Shown here: piece after piece, positions 46,466 to 55,794 of the stretch
Position numbering within the stretch: the stretch's first letter is position 1
Layout: the number at the start of each line of letters is the position of its first letter
Assembly: GCA_963716135.1 (NCBI GenBank)
Contig: OY970289.1
Coordinates: forward strand, 1,783,462 to 1,847,461
Source: Pirellulales bacterium
GTDB taxonomy: Bacteria > Planctomycetota > Planctomycetia > Pirellulales > JADZDJ01
DNA length: 64,000 nucleotides
Direction of reading: 5' to 3'
The notes under the pieces: model-generated
Databases searched by the model: none
Seen by the model: only the letters and a program-made list of their open reading frames with translations
What the model was told of the DNA's origin: nothing
Translations under genes and position numbers: made by a program

Positions 46466-48533
46466 CGCGGGCGGCGGTTTGTGTTGCGGTGGGGGCGGTA
46501 GCCGACGCCTGTGTTGGATTGTTTCGTGCTTTTCGTGAGTTTCGTGGTTGGCCGCGCGTCGTGCGACGGCTCGGCGGGAGCCTCGCCCTCCCGGGTGGAG
46601 CGCGGTTTGGTGCGCGACCCCCGGGCCGAGCCCGGGGCTAAGGGGGTGGCGCGGATGTGATCGCCGGAAGTTTCGTTTAGGGATTCGTTTGCTTTGCGGC
46701 GGCGGCGGGAGAGGGCTTCCTTTGGCGGGCGCTCCGGAATCAGGCAATCGCAGCCGTTGCCGATTAGATCCTGGCGGCCGGCTTGTTCTAGGGCTTTGCG
46801 CACTTCGAAATAGTTTTCGGGTTTGAAGAATTGCAATAGCGCGCGCTGCAGGCGGCGGTCGCGGAGGTGTTTGGCGATGTAGACCGGCTTCATCGTGAAC
46901 GGGTCGTAGCCTGTGTGGTACATGCAGGCGGCGATGTCGAAGGGGCTGGGGATGAAATCTTGGACCTGGTCGGGGCGGTAGTGGTTGCGCTTGAGGAACA
47001 GGGCCAGATCGATCATCGCGTTCAGATCGCTGCCGGGATGGCTGGCGATGTAGTACGGGATGAGGTACTGCTTTTTGCCGGCGGCTTTCGATTGGCGGCG
47101 GAAGGAGTCGGAGAACTTTTCGAAATCGTCGTTGCTGGGTTTTTTCATCTTCTCCAGCACGCCGGGGTCGGTGTGTTCGGGGGCGACCTTCAGATGGCCG
47201 CCGACGTGGTGCTGGGCCAGTTCGCGCATGTAGACCGGGTCGCGGCGGGCCAGGTCCATGCGGATGCCGGAGGCGACCAGCACTTTTTTGACGCCGGGCA
47301 GTTCGCGCGACTTTTTCATCAGGTCGATCAGCGGGCCGTGGTCGGTGCCCAGCAGTTTGCAGATGGTGGGATGGACGCAACTGAGTCGGCGGCAGACGGC
47401 TTCGACCTCGGGGCGGGAGCAGCGCATCTGGTACATGTTGGCGGTGGGGCCGCCGATATCGCTCACGACGCCGGTGAAATCGGGCTGGGTTTGCCGCATG
47501 CGCTCGATTTCCGCGAGCACCGATTGCTGGCTGCGGCTTTGGATGATGCGGCCTTCATGAGCGGTGATGCTGCAGAAGGTGCAGCCGCCGAAGCAGCCGC
47601 GCATGATTTGCACGGAGTGCTTGACGACGTCGTAGGCGGGGATTTTTTCCCGGCCGTAGCTGGGGTGCGGGCGGCGCGTGAACGGCAGGCCGTAGACGCG
47701 ATCCATTTCGGCTTGCGTCAGCGGCAGCGCGCCGGGGTTGACGACGATCGCTTCGGTGCCGTGGCGCTGCAGGAGGCGCTTGGCGTTGTAGGGGTTGGTT
47801 TCCTGGTGGGAGATTTTGGTCATCAGGCAGAAGGTGCGCTTGGATTGCGCATCGTCGGCGGAGATTGTTTCGTAGGGGGGGAGTTCGATGGTGGGGGGAT
47901 CGAAGGCGGAATTCGGAAGGCGGAAGGCGGAGGTTTCTTTGGCGCCAAGCGATATGCCACGCCGCGCAGGGTGCGCAGGTCTTTTACGGTGGCGCCGGCG
48001 GCGAGGCGGTGGGCGAGTTCGATGATCGGGCGTTCGCCCATGCCGTAGACCAACAGGTCGCACTTGGCGTCCATCAGGATGCTGCGGCGGACCTTGTCGC
48101 TCCAGTAGTCGTAGTGGGCGATGCGGCGGAGGCTGGCTTCGACGCCGCCGGCGATGATGGGGACGCCCTTATACGCCTCGCGGGCGCGCTGGCAGTAGGC
48201 CAGCGTGCAGCGGTCGGGGCGGCGGCCTATTGCGCCGCCGGGGCTGTAGGCATCGTCGTTGCGCACTTTGCGGTTGGCGGTGTAGTGGTTGATCATCGAA
48301 TCCATGTTGCCGGCGCTAATGGCGAAAAACAGCCGCGGCTTGCCGAAGGTGCGCCACGGCTCGCAGGAATGCCAATCGGGCTGGCTGAGGATGGCGACGC
48401 GGAAGCCTTCGTCTTCCAACAGGCGGCCGAGCAGGGCCATGGCGAAGCTGGGGTGATCGACGTAGGCGTCGCCGGTGACGAAGACGATGTCGACGTAGTC
48501 CCAGCCGCGCTCGTGCATTTCGGCGCGGGACAT
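46456..48533 (-). pseudogene. ygiQ: YgiQ-family radical SAM protein (UPF0313), one frame break (~47945-47952)
   Basis: The N-domain starts from ATG comp. 48531-48533: '[54 protein letters not shown]...[13 protein letters not shown]...LRGVAYR'. It continues in another frame as '[27 protein letters not shown]...IMRGCFGGCTFCSITAHEGR...' (CxxxCxxC). It has a basic C-terminal tail. The track's longer N-terminus is encoded by a word repeat and is probably not translated. Confidence 0.85.
47901..47933. repeat. Purine-word array, family E (AAGGCGGAATTCGGAAGGCGGAAGGCGGA), inside ygiQ
   Basis: 'cgAAGGCGGAATTCGGAAGGCGGAAGGCGGAgg'. Near-identical 30-mers lie at 52344-52372 and 55760-55790. Here it is read antisense as '[13 protein letters not shown]' in the ygiQ linker, right next to the frame break. 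Confidence 0.65.
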
Positions 48534-48540
48534 GGGAAGC

Positions 48541-48600
48541 GGCGAAGAGTGCGGAGTGCGAAGTTCGGAGGGCGGAGTGGATGGAGTGCGGCGGGCGGCC
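48541..48600. repeat. Purine-word array (GCGGAGTG / GCGAAG words) upstream of ygiQ
   Basis: 'ggcgaagagtgcggagtgcgaagttcggagggcggagtggatggagtgcggcgg'. It accounts for the spurious Pro/Ser-rich N-terminal extension of track ORF 47823..48701. Confidence 0.5.
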
Positions 48601-48863
48601 AGCGAGCCGACGAGGTCGATGTAGGGACCAAGCGCGCGGCCGAATTCGTCGGAGCGCGGGGGGTCGATGATCGGCAGCGGATTGAATGTGGGCGCGGACA
48701 TAAGGATCGCTCAAAGCAAGCGGCACCCTTGATTGTAGGCGAGGCGGGGTCAGGAAGTGAGTGGCTGGAGAAGAACTAAGAGCTATGAGCAATGAACAAT
48801 GAGCAAACGGCGGAATGCATTACCGTTCAATGTTCTTTGTTCAAAGCTCATAGTTTGCCGTCG

Positions 48864-49628
48864 TCACCAGCCGCCGCTGGCGCCGCCGCCGCCAAAGCTG
48901 CCGCCACCTCCAGAGAACCCGCCGCCACCGCCGCCGCCGGAAAAACTGCCGCTGAAGATGCCGCCGCTGGATGAGGTGCCGGAGGTGGAAATCCAATAGG
49001 GGCCGATCCAATGATTGCGATAACGGCGGAAACGCAGGTGCGAGATGAGAACCACAAACAGCACGATCATCCAAAAGATGATTATGCCGGGATCGATTGT
49101 CGATCGCGGCTTGTGCGGGACCGCCTTGTATTCGCCGCGAGTGGCCTTGTCGATGGCGGTGATGCCGGCCAATAGTCCGCCGCCGTAATCGCCGGCTTTG
49201 AATCGCGGGGCGATTTCATTGCGAATGATTTCGGACGAGCGAGCGTCAGTGAGTGCGCCTTCCAGGCCGTATCCGACTTCGATGCGCAGCTTGTGATCTT
49301 GAATCGCCGCGACTACCAGCACGCCATTCCGATTATCTTTTCGACCAAGCTTCCAAGCCTGAGCCGTTCGAATCGAGAAATCTTCGATGGTGTCGCCATC
49401 CAGTGAAGCAACCGTGAGGATGACAAGCTGGTTTCCTGTTTTTTGCTCCACGCTTGTCGAGAAGGCATCCAGTTGGCTTTTCTGTTGAGGGGAGAGGACG
49501 TGGGCGTAATCGTTCACGCGCCCTTGGAGCTTGGGGATGGCGGGCGTGGCGGCGTGCGCGCTGGCCACCAGCGGCAGGGTGAGCAGGCCGACGGTTGCGA
49601 AAGCGACGAACGGCCGCATGAAAATCAT
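48864..49628 (-). CDS. TPM-domain (YgcG-like) membrane protein with Gly-rich tail
   Basis: 'RVNDYAHVLSPQQKSQLDAFSTSVEQKTGNQLVILTVASLDGDTIEDFSIRTAQAWKLGRKDNRNGVLVVAAIQDHKLRIEVGYGLEG' is the TPM domain. A TM segment and a 'GGFSGGGGSFGGGGASGGW' tail follow. I prefer the ATG at comp. 49626-49628, 5 nt after the lemA stop. Confidence 0.85.
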   Translation of the reverse strand: MIFMRPFVAFATVGLLTLPLVASAHAATPAIPKLQGRVNDYAHVLSPQQKSQLDAFSTSVEQKTGNQLVILTVASLDGDTIEDFSIRTAQAWKLGRKDNRNGVLVVAAIQDHKLRIEVGYGLEGALTDARSSEIIRNEIAPRFKAGDYGGGLLAGITAIDKATRGEYKAVPHKPRSTIDPGIIIFWMIVLFVVLISHLRFRRYRNHWIGPYWISTSGTSSSGGIFSGSFSGGGGGGGFSGGGGSFGGGGASGGW

Positions 49629-49633
49629 CCGTC

Positions 49634-50227
49634 TCAATCGAACTTCACCTGCGGAACTTTTTCCGCGTCGGCGGTTTTTTTGAAGTACTCAGCCTGGTGG
49701 AATCCGCTGCCGGCGGCGACGAAGCGGGCGAAGAAGCCGTTGACCAGGGTGTTGTACGACTGGACCTGTTCGTTGTAGCGCTCGCGGGCCACGTTGATGC
49801 GGTTTTCCGTGCCTTCCAGTTGCGATTGCAGGTCGAGAAAGTTCTGGTTGGCTTTGAGATCGGGGTATTGCTCGGCCACGGCGATTAGGTGCGACAGTGC
49901 TCCGGCCATCGAGCTTTGAGCCTGCTGCAGCTCTTGCATCGCGGCGGGGCTATTGGGGGCGGCTTCGATTTTGATTTGGCCCATCTTCGAGCGGGCCTCG
50001 GCCACTTCGTCGAACACTTTTTCTTCGTGCGTGGCATAGCCTTTGACCGTGGCCACGAGGTTGGGGATCAGGTCGGCGCGGCGCTGGAGCGTGGAATCGA
50101 CATTGGCCCAGGCGCTTTGCACGGCCTGGTTGCCGGAATTCAATTTGCCGTAGACGGAGATCCAGCCGCCGGCGAGCACGACGATCAGGAAAACGATGAC
50201 CAGCACGACGACAAGCAAGCCTTTCAT
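49634..50227 (-). CDS. lemA: LemA family protein
   Basis: 197-aa ORF with an N-terminal TM. 'AWANVDSTLQRRADLIPNLVATVKGYATHEEKVFDEVAEARS...YPDLKANQNFLDLQSQLEGTENRINVARERYN' is typical LemA. Confidence 0.9.
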   Translation of the reverse strand: MKGLLVVVLVIVFLIVVLAGGWISVYGKLNSGNQAVQSAWANVDSTLQRRADLIPNLVATVKGYATHEEKVFDEVAEARSKMGQIKIEAAPNSPAAMQELQQAQSSMAGALSHLIAVAEQYPDLKANQNFLDLQSQLEGTENRINVARERYNEQVQSYNTLVNGFFARFVAAGSGFHQAEYFKKTADAEKVPQVKFD

Positions 50228-50319
50228 CGTACGAATCTCCTTAGGGGATAGCGCAGGCTGGTTGCGGCGGCGGATGACGCGCAGCGGTCAGCCGTGCTGA
50301 ATCATACCGTGCGGTTGCA

Positions 50320-50676
50320 TCAGAGCGAATGCAACAGATGATTGCCGATGAAGTTGGCGGTCGTCCAGACCAACACGGCCCAGGGGACGAGTTTGCCGAC
50401 ATATCGGCGAAAATGCTGCGGCGTGGCGCGAAAACTTTGCGCAGTGCGCCCGTAACCAGAGCGGACTTCGATCCAGCGCCCGATAACCATCGCGCTTACG
50501 GTGATGTAGAAAGCCAGATCGTAACCGGTGAGCCAGCCGCTGCCAGTGACGACAATCATCACTGTCAGCAAAACCAGCACAATCGGCCCGATTACGAACC
50601 AGAGCAAACGGCCGCACAGCGCCCAGAACGGTTCGCGCTCCGACGATTCAACGACATACCGATCGGTGTTGTCCAA
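50320..50676 (-). CDS. Small integral membrane protein (3-4 TM), unknown function
   Basis: 118-aa ORF with a TTG start and AGGAG ~9 nt upstream. Hydrophobic segments include 'LLWFVIGPIVLVLLTVMIVVTG', 'LAFYITVSAMVIG' and 'LVPWAVLVWTTANFIG'. Confidence 0.55.
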   Translation of the reverse strand: MDNTDRYVVESSEREPFWALCGRLLWFVIGPIVLVLLTVMIVVTGSGWLTGYDLAFYITVSAMVIGRWIEVRSGYGRTAQSFRATPQHFRRYVGKLVPWAVLVWTTANFIGNHLLHSL

Positions 50677-50971
50677 CTCTTCTTCTCCTGGCCCGAGGCA
50701 AACGCCTAAGGCGTTCTCCTACCGAATTTTAACACAATAACGAAGTATTTTGATTCAGCAAGTGAACGGGTTCCTTGGGGGACGGTCTGAGCAGTTGAAC
50801 CAGAGGGGCAGGCGCGGATCGGCGAATTACAATGAAGAATTCCTTAAAAATTGATCGTGAGGCGGTGTGGGGCCTGCGGAGCGGGTTTGACGATTTGTCG
50901 TAAGCCGTTTAGGCTAAATGTGTTGTCCTCTTTTCTCGGCTAGCAAGGCCGGCGCACTCCCAGGAGTGATT

Positions 50972-52418
50972 GTGAAGCAGAAAGCCTGGTCGGGAGTATT
51001 CAGCGAGGCGACGGATCGCCGGGTCGAGCAGTTCACCGAAAGCATCAGCTTTGACCGGCGATTGTACGCGCATGATGTAACTGCATCGATTGCGCATGCC
51101 CAAATGTTAGTCACTGTCGGCCTTATCACTGCCGAGGAATGCCGACAGATTGAGCAAGGATTGGGCGCGATTCGCCAAGAGATTGAGCAAGGTAAATTCG
51201 AGTTTCGCTCGGAGCTCGAAGACATTCATCTGCACATCGAGCGGGCGCTGGTGGAGCGCATCGGCGACGTCGGGCGGAAGCTGCATACGGCGCGAAGCCG
51301 CAACGATCAGGTTTCGACGGATCTGCGGCTGTGGTGTCGGGAGGCGATTGACCGAATTGATGCGGCACTGGCGGGCGTGCAGCGGGCGTTTGTCGAGCGA
51401 TGCGACGTCGATCGGGACGTGATTTTGCCGGGCTACACGCACATGCAGCGCGCAGCCGGTGCTGGCGCCGCACTACTGGTTGGCCTACTGCGAAAAATTC
51501 GAGCGTGATCGCCAGCGATTGGCGGATTGCCGAAGGCGAGTGAATGTGTTGCCGTTGGGGGCGGCGGCGCTGGCGGGCACCAGTTTGCCCATCGATCGCG
51601 AAGATGTTGCGCGGCGGTTGGGCTTTGTCAACGAGCGCGGCCAACCGCAGGTGATGAGCAACAGCATCGATAGCTCCAGCGATCGCGATTTTGTGATCGA
51701 GCTGGCGTTTGCGCTCTCCGTCGTGTCGGAGCATTTGAGCACCTGGGCCGAGGAATGGATTTTGTGGAGCACGGTCGAGTTTGGGTTTTTGAAATTGCCG
51801 CAGGCGTTTTGCACCGGCAGTTCGATCATGCCGCAGAAGATCAATCCCGACGTGCTGGAATTGGTGCGCGGCAAGACGGCGCGGGTGATTGGCAATTTGC
51901 AATCGCTGTTGGTTTTGGTGAAGGGGTTGCCGTTGGCCTATAACCGCGATCTGCAGGAGGACAAAGAGCGGATTTTTGATTCGGTCGACACGGTGTCGGC
52001 GTGTTTGGAGATTGCGGCGCCGCTGGTGGCGGGGGCGGAATTGAACAAGGCGGCGATTGCGGAGAAGTTGGATCGCGGATATTTGGATGCGACCACGCTG
52101 ATGGAGGAATTAATTCGGGGCGGCACGCCGCAGCGGACGGCGCATGAGATGGTTGGGAAGTTGGTGAAGGCAGCGATGGATCAGGGAGTGCGATTGGCGG
52201 ATTTGCCCAGCGAATTATTGGATGGCGAGCTTAAGGATGCGCTGGGGGTGAAGAATGCCGTGGCGCGATTTGTCAGTTATGGATCGACGGGGCCAAAGGA
52301 AGTTGCGCGGCAGGTTCAGATTTGGAAAGAGAAATTGACACCTGAAGGCGGAGTTCGGAAGGCGGAAGGCGGAACGCAGAAGACAGAAGGCAAACGGCAG
52401 AAGGCGAAAAAAACATGA
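50972..52418 (+). pseudogene. argH: Argininosuccinate lyase, one frame break (51447-51455) and a repeat-encoded C-terminal tail
   Basis: GTG 50972 has AGGAG 5 nt upstream. The pieces are: '[43 protein letters not shown]...[18 protein letters not shown]...[10 protein letters not shown]' | '[17 protein letters not shown]...GSSIMPQKINPDVLELVRGK...'. The conserved QRAQPV is restored by adding GC to the (GC)n run. The last ~25 aa 'PEGGVRKAEGGTQKTEGKRQKAKKT' are encoded by word arrays E+F. Confidence 0.9.
52344..52412. repeat. Composite purine-word array (family E then family F) forming the argH 3' end
   Basis: 'gAAGGCGGAGTTCGGAAGGCGGAAGGCGGAacGCAGAAGACAGAAGGCAAACGGCAGAAGGCgaaaaaaac', followed by ATGA (argH stop / next start). 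Confidence 0.65.
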
Positions 52419-54645
52419 GCAGGCATCTTCGATTGGCTTTGGGCGCGGTCGGCTGGGCGATTTTCATGACCGCGGTCGCTGACGCGCAAAATCGTCCAGC
52501 GCCGCCAAAACCGGCGGCCGGCGATATCATGCCGGTGATCGAAAAGCACGATCCGGCAGTAGATACGATTGTGGAATCGAATCCACAAACGCCGCGCGAA
52601 CTATTGCGGGCGGCGGCAATCCTGGCCGATTTGGATCGCGCGGATTTGGCGAAACAATATTTGCAGAAGGTACTTGCCGCGAAATTGAACGACGAGGCAC
52701 TGACCGATTTGGCGGCGCACGTCGATGCGGATTTGCTGCTGCGGATGTCGACGAACGAGGCGCTGGCGCCGGAGGGGCACCAGGTTGCCGAGGCCGTGCT
52801 GAGCGCCGCGGCCAAGCAGGCGCACGATCCCAAACGGCTGGCGGCGGCGATCGATAAGCTGAATGATCCATCGCGGGCGGTGCAACTGCATGCGGTTGGC
52901 ACGATTCTGGCCGCGCATGATGATGCCGTGCCGAGCCTGACGTTGGCGCTGGCGGATGAAAAGCGCGCCGCGGTGCGGCCGCTGATCAAGGAAGCGCTGG
53001 TGCACATCGGGCCGGCGGCGATTGCGCCGCTTTCGGCGGCTTTGCAAAGCGACAATGCGGCGCTGAAGCTGCAAATCATCGACGTGCTGTCGCAGATTGG
53101 GTTGCGGGAGGCGGTGCCATATTTGGCGGCGCCTGCGACGGCGGAAAAAAGTCCGCCGGAGGTGCGCGAGGCAGCCCGGTCGGCGCTGTTGGAAATCCAG
53201 AATATCACGCGACCGACCGCCGAAGCCGCCGCGAAGCTGTTGATGGCGGAGATCGACAAACACCTGAAACACGAACAATTACTGAATTCCGATGCCAACG
53301 GGAACGTGGATGTATGGCGATGGGATGCCGCGGCGGGCGTGCCGGTGCATGAGAAAACGTCGCCGGATCAGGCACATGTGGCGCTGGCGGCGCGGTTGGC
53401 AGACGATTTGATGCTGGTGGCGCCGGACGACTCGCGCGAAGCGAATGTTTTTGGTGAGCGTGCTGGAGGCAGCCGGCAGCGGACAGCAGCCGGAACACCG
53501 TCTGCAGCAGGCTGCGAAGATGGGCGCACCCGGAGGTCGAGGATGCGCTGACGTATGCGATGTTGACCGGGCATGTGCCGGCGGCGATTGCGGCGGTGCA
53601 GGTGTTGGGGACGATCGGCGATCGGTCGTTGTTGGATGCCAATGGCGCCAATCCCCGGCCGTTGGTGTTGGCGCTTGAGCAGCGCGATCGGCGGCTTCGA
53701 TTCGCGGCGGCTGAGGCGATTATGAAGCTCGATCCGAAGGCAGGTTTCAATGGTTCGAGCAACCTGGTCAATGCGCTGGCGTGGTTTGCGGGCACTTCGA
53801 ACACCAAGCGGGCCCTAGTGGCGTTTCCCAACGATGCGGTAGCGACGCAATTGGGCGCAATGCTGGCCACGATGGGCTACGACGCGGACATTGCCACTAA
53901 CGGCCGCAATGCGTTTCTCAAGGCGCTAGCCTCGAGTGATTACGAATTGGTGCTTTTGAGCAGCCGGATCGATCGGCCGCCCGTGTGGGTAGTGCTGCAG
54001 GAGATGCGGCACGATCCGCGGAGCGCACGGCTGCCGGTGATTCTGTTGGGCGAGGACGGTGAGAGGGAATTGGATCATCTGGAAACGTTGGTTCTCTATG
54101 ATCCGTGGACCAAAGTGTTCGCCCGGCCGGTGACGACCGACGGGATGAAGTTTTTTGTCGATCGATTGAACCAGCAAGCCGGCAGTTTTGTGGTGCCGCT
54201 GGAAGAGCGCGAAGAACAAGCGGCGAAGTCGTTGGCGTGGTTGAAGAAATTGAATGAGACGTCGGCGCGGGAATTTGAGATTCAAACGCACGAGGCGGAA
54301 ATTGCCCGGGCACTTTACGTGCCGAAACTTAGCGCGGCGGCGGCGGAATTGCTGGGGATGATTGGCACGCACACGGCGCAGCGGGCGCTGGTGGATGTAG
54401 CCAACCGGCCGGCGACGCCGATGGAAATGCGCGAAGCGGCGGCCGCGGCGTTCAGCCAGAGTGTGCGCAAACATGGAATTCAATTGACAAGTCGCGAAAT
54501 TCAACATCAGTACGACCGGTACAACGAAAGTGCCACCGAAGACGCCGCGTCGCAGCAGTTGTTGGGATTGGTTCTGGACGCCATCGAACTGCCGCGGTCG
54601 CTATCCAACATCTCTCGTCCCTCGTCCCTCGTTCCTCGCCCCTAG
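52415..54645 (+). pseudogene. Secreted HEAT/ARM-repeat protein with a degenerate receiver-like (pseudo-REC) domain, two frame breaks (53448-53452, 53529-53531)
   Basis: ATG 52415 overlaps the argH stop. Signal peptide is 'MSRHLRLALGAVGWAIFMTAVADA'. Repeated 'AV..L...L.D....VR..A..AL..IG' HEAT-like units are present. The sequence continues across frames as '...DSREAN|VLVSVLEAAGSGQQPEHRLQQAAKMGAP|EVEDALTYAMLTGHVPAAIAAVQVLG...'. The REC-like stretch 'ALVAFPNDAVATQLGAMLATMGYDADIATNGRNAFLKALASSDYELVLLSSRIDRPP...LPVILLGED' lacks the phospho-acceptor Asp. Confidence 0.72.
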
Positions 54646-54658
54646 GCTTTCTTCTCCC

Positions 54659-55720
54659 ATGCCGCCGCACGAATCACAAAACGGTCCGCCGATTGATGGG
54701 ATCATCGGCTCCGGCGCGGCGATGCAGGAAGTCTATCGGCTGACGCGGCAGGTGGCTTCGTCCCGGGCTTCGGTATTGCTGCTGGGGGAAACTGGCACGG
54801 GCAAGGAATTGATTGCCAAGGCGATTCATGAGCTTAGTCCGCGGGGCAGCGGGCCGTTTGTGCGCGTGAATTGCGGGGCGCTTTCCGAGAGTTTGCTCGA
54901 GAGCGAATTGTTCGGGCACGTGCGCGGTTCGTTCACGGGGGCGATCAATAATCGCACGGGACGATTCGAGGCGGCGCACACCGGCACGATTTTTCTGGAC
55001 GAGATTAGTTCCACGACGCCCAAGCTGCAAATCAAATTGCTGCGCGTGCTGCAAGAGCGGGAGTTCGAGCGCGTCGGCGATACGCAGACCATTCGCGTGG
55101 ATGTGCGCGTGATCGCGGCGAGCAATCATGATTTGCACGATCTGGTCGATAAGCACGAGTTCCGCGAGGATTTGTATTATCGGCTGAACGTGGTGCCGAT
55201 TCGGTTGCCCCCTTTGCGGCAGCGGCGCGAGGATATTGCGGAGTTGGTGAGCCATTTTCTCGGACTGTATAACGAGGAAAACGGTCGAAAAGTGAAAGAG
55301 GTCGACAAGAAGGCCAAAGATGCGCTGGAAAACTATCACTGGCCGGGCAACGTGCGCGAATTGCAGAATGTGATCGAGCGGGCCGTGGTGATGGCCACCG
55401 GCGATGCGCTGACGTGCGATTTGTTGCCGCCGGCTGTGATGGGAGAAGGAAAAGGGCGCGGGCATTCGCGGCGCGCAGGCGCGGCGGTCGATTTGGAAAC
55501 GCTCGCTTCGGAATTAGTGCAGCAAGGCGTCGGGGCGGCCGGCGCCAACGAAGACAGCCTGCACACCAAAATCGTCAACCGCGTGGAGCGAGAGCTAATC
55601 GCTCAAGTGATGGCCGCGTGCGACAACGTGCAGACGAAGGCGGCCTCACGCTTAGGCATCAACCGCAACACGCTGCACAAGAAGCTGAAGGAATACGGGC
55701 TGGAAGAGGCGGGGGAGTAG
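54659..55720 (+). CDS. Sigma-54-dependent transcriptional activator (AAA+ + Fis-type HTH) without N-terminal sensory domain
   Basis: ATG 54659. The AAA+ core starts only ~12 aa in: 'IIGSGAAMQEVYRLTRQVASSRASVLLLGETGTGKELIAKAIH', 'ESELFGHVRGSFTGA' (GAFTGA variant), 'GTIFLDEI', 'RVIAASN', 'FREDLYYRLNV'. The C-terminal HTH is 'NVQTKAASRLGINRNTLHKKLKEYGL'. Confidence 0.9.
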   Translation: MPPHESQNGPPIDGIIGSGAAMQEVYRLTRQVASSRASVLLLGETGTGKELIAKAIHELSPRGSGPFVRVNCGALSESLLESELFGHVRGSFTGAINNRTGRFEAAHTGTIFLDEISSTTPKLQIKLLRVLQEREFERVGDTQTIRVDVRVIAASNHDLHDLVDKHEFREDLYYRLNVVPIRLPPLRQRREDIAELVSHFLGLYNEENGRKVKEVDKKAKDALENYHWPGNVRELQNVIERAVVMATGDALTCDLLPPAVMGEGKGRGHSRRAGAAVDLETLASELVQQGVGAAGANEDSLHTKIVNRVERELIAQVMAACDNVQTKAASRLGINRNTLHKKLKEYGLEEAGE

Positions 55721-55792
55721 GTGGAAGTAGGATGTAGGAGGTAGGAATTAGGATTTAAGAAGGCGGAAGGCGGAATTCGGAAGGCGGAAAAT
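55721..55792. repeat. Composite purine-word array (GTAGGAG words then family E)
   Basis: 'gtggaagtaggatgtaggaggtaggaattaggatttaaGAAGGCGGAAGGCGGAATTCGGAAGGCGGAAAa' lies between the convergent activator and PEP-CTERM genes. Confidence 0.6.
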
Positions 55793-55794
55793 TC

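Noticed and set aside
46445-47380. 311-aa minus ORF (Pro/Arg-rich) overlapping ygiQ in another frame
   Set aside because: It is an out-of-frame reading of the conserved radical-SAM gene with extreme low-complexity composition.
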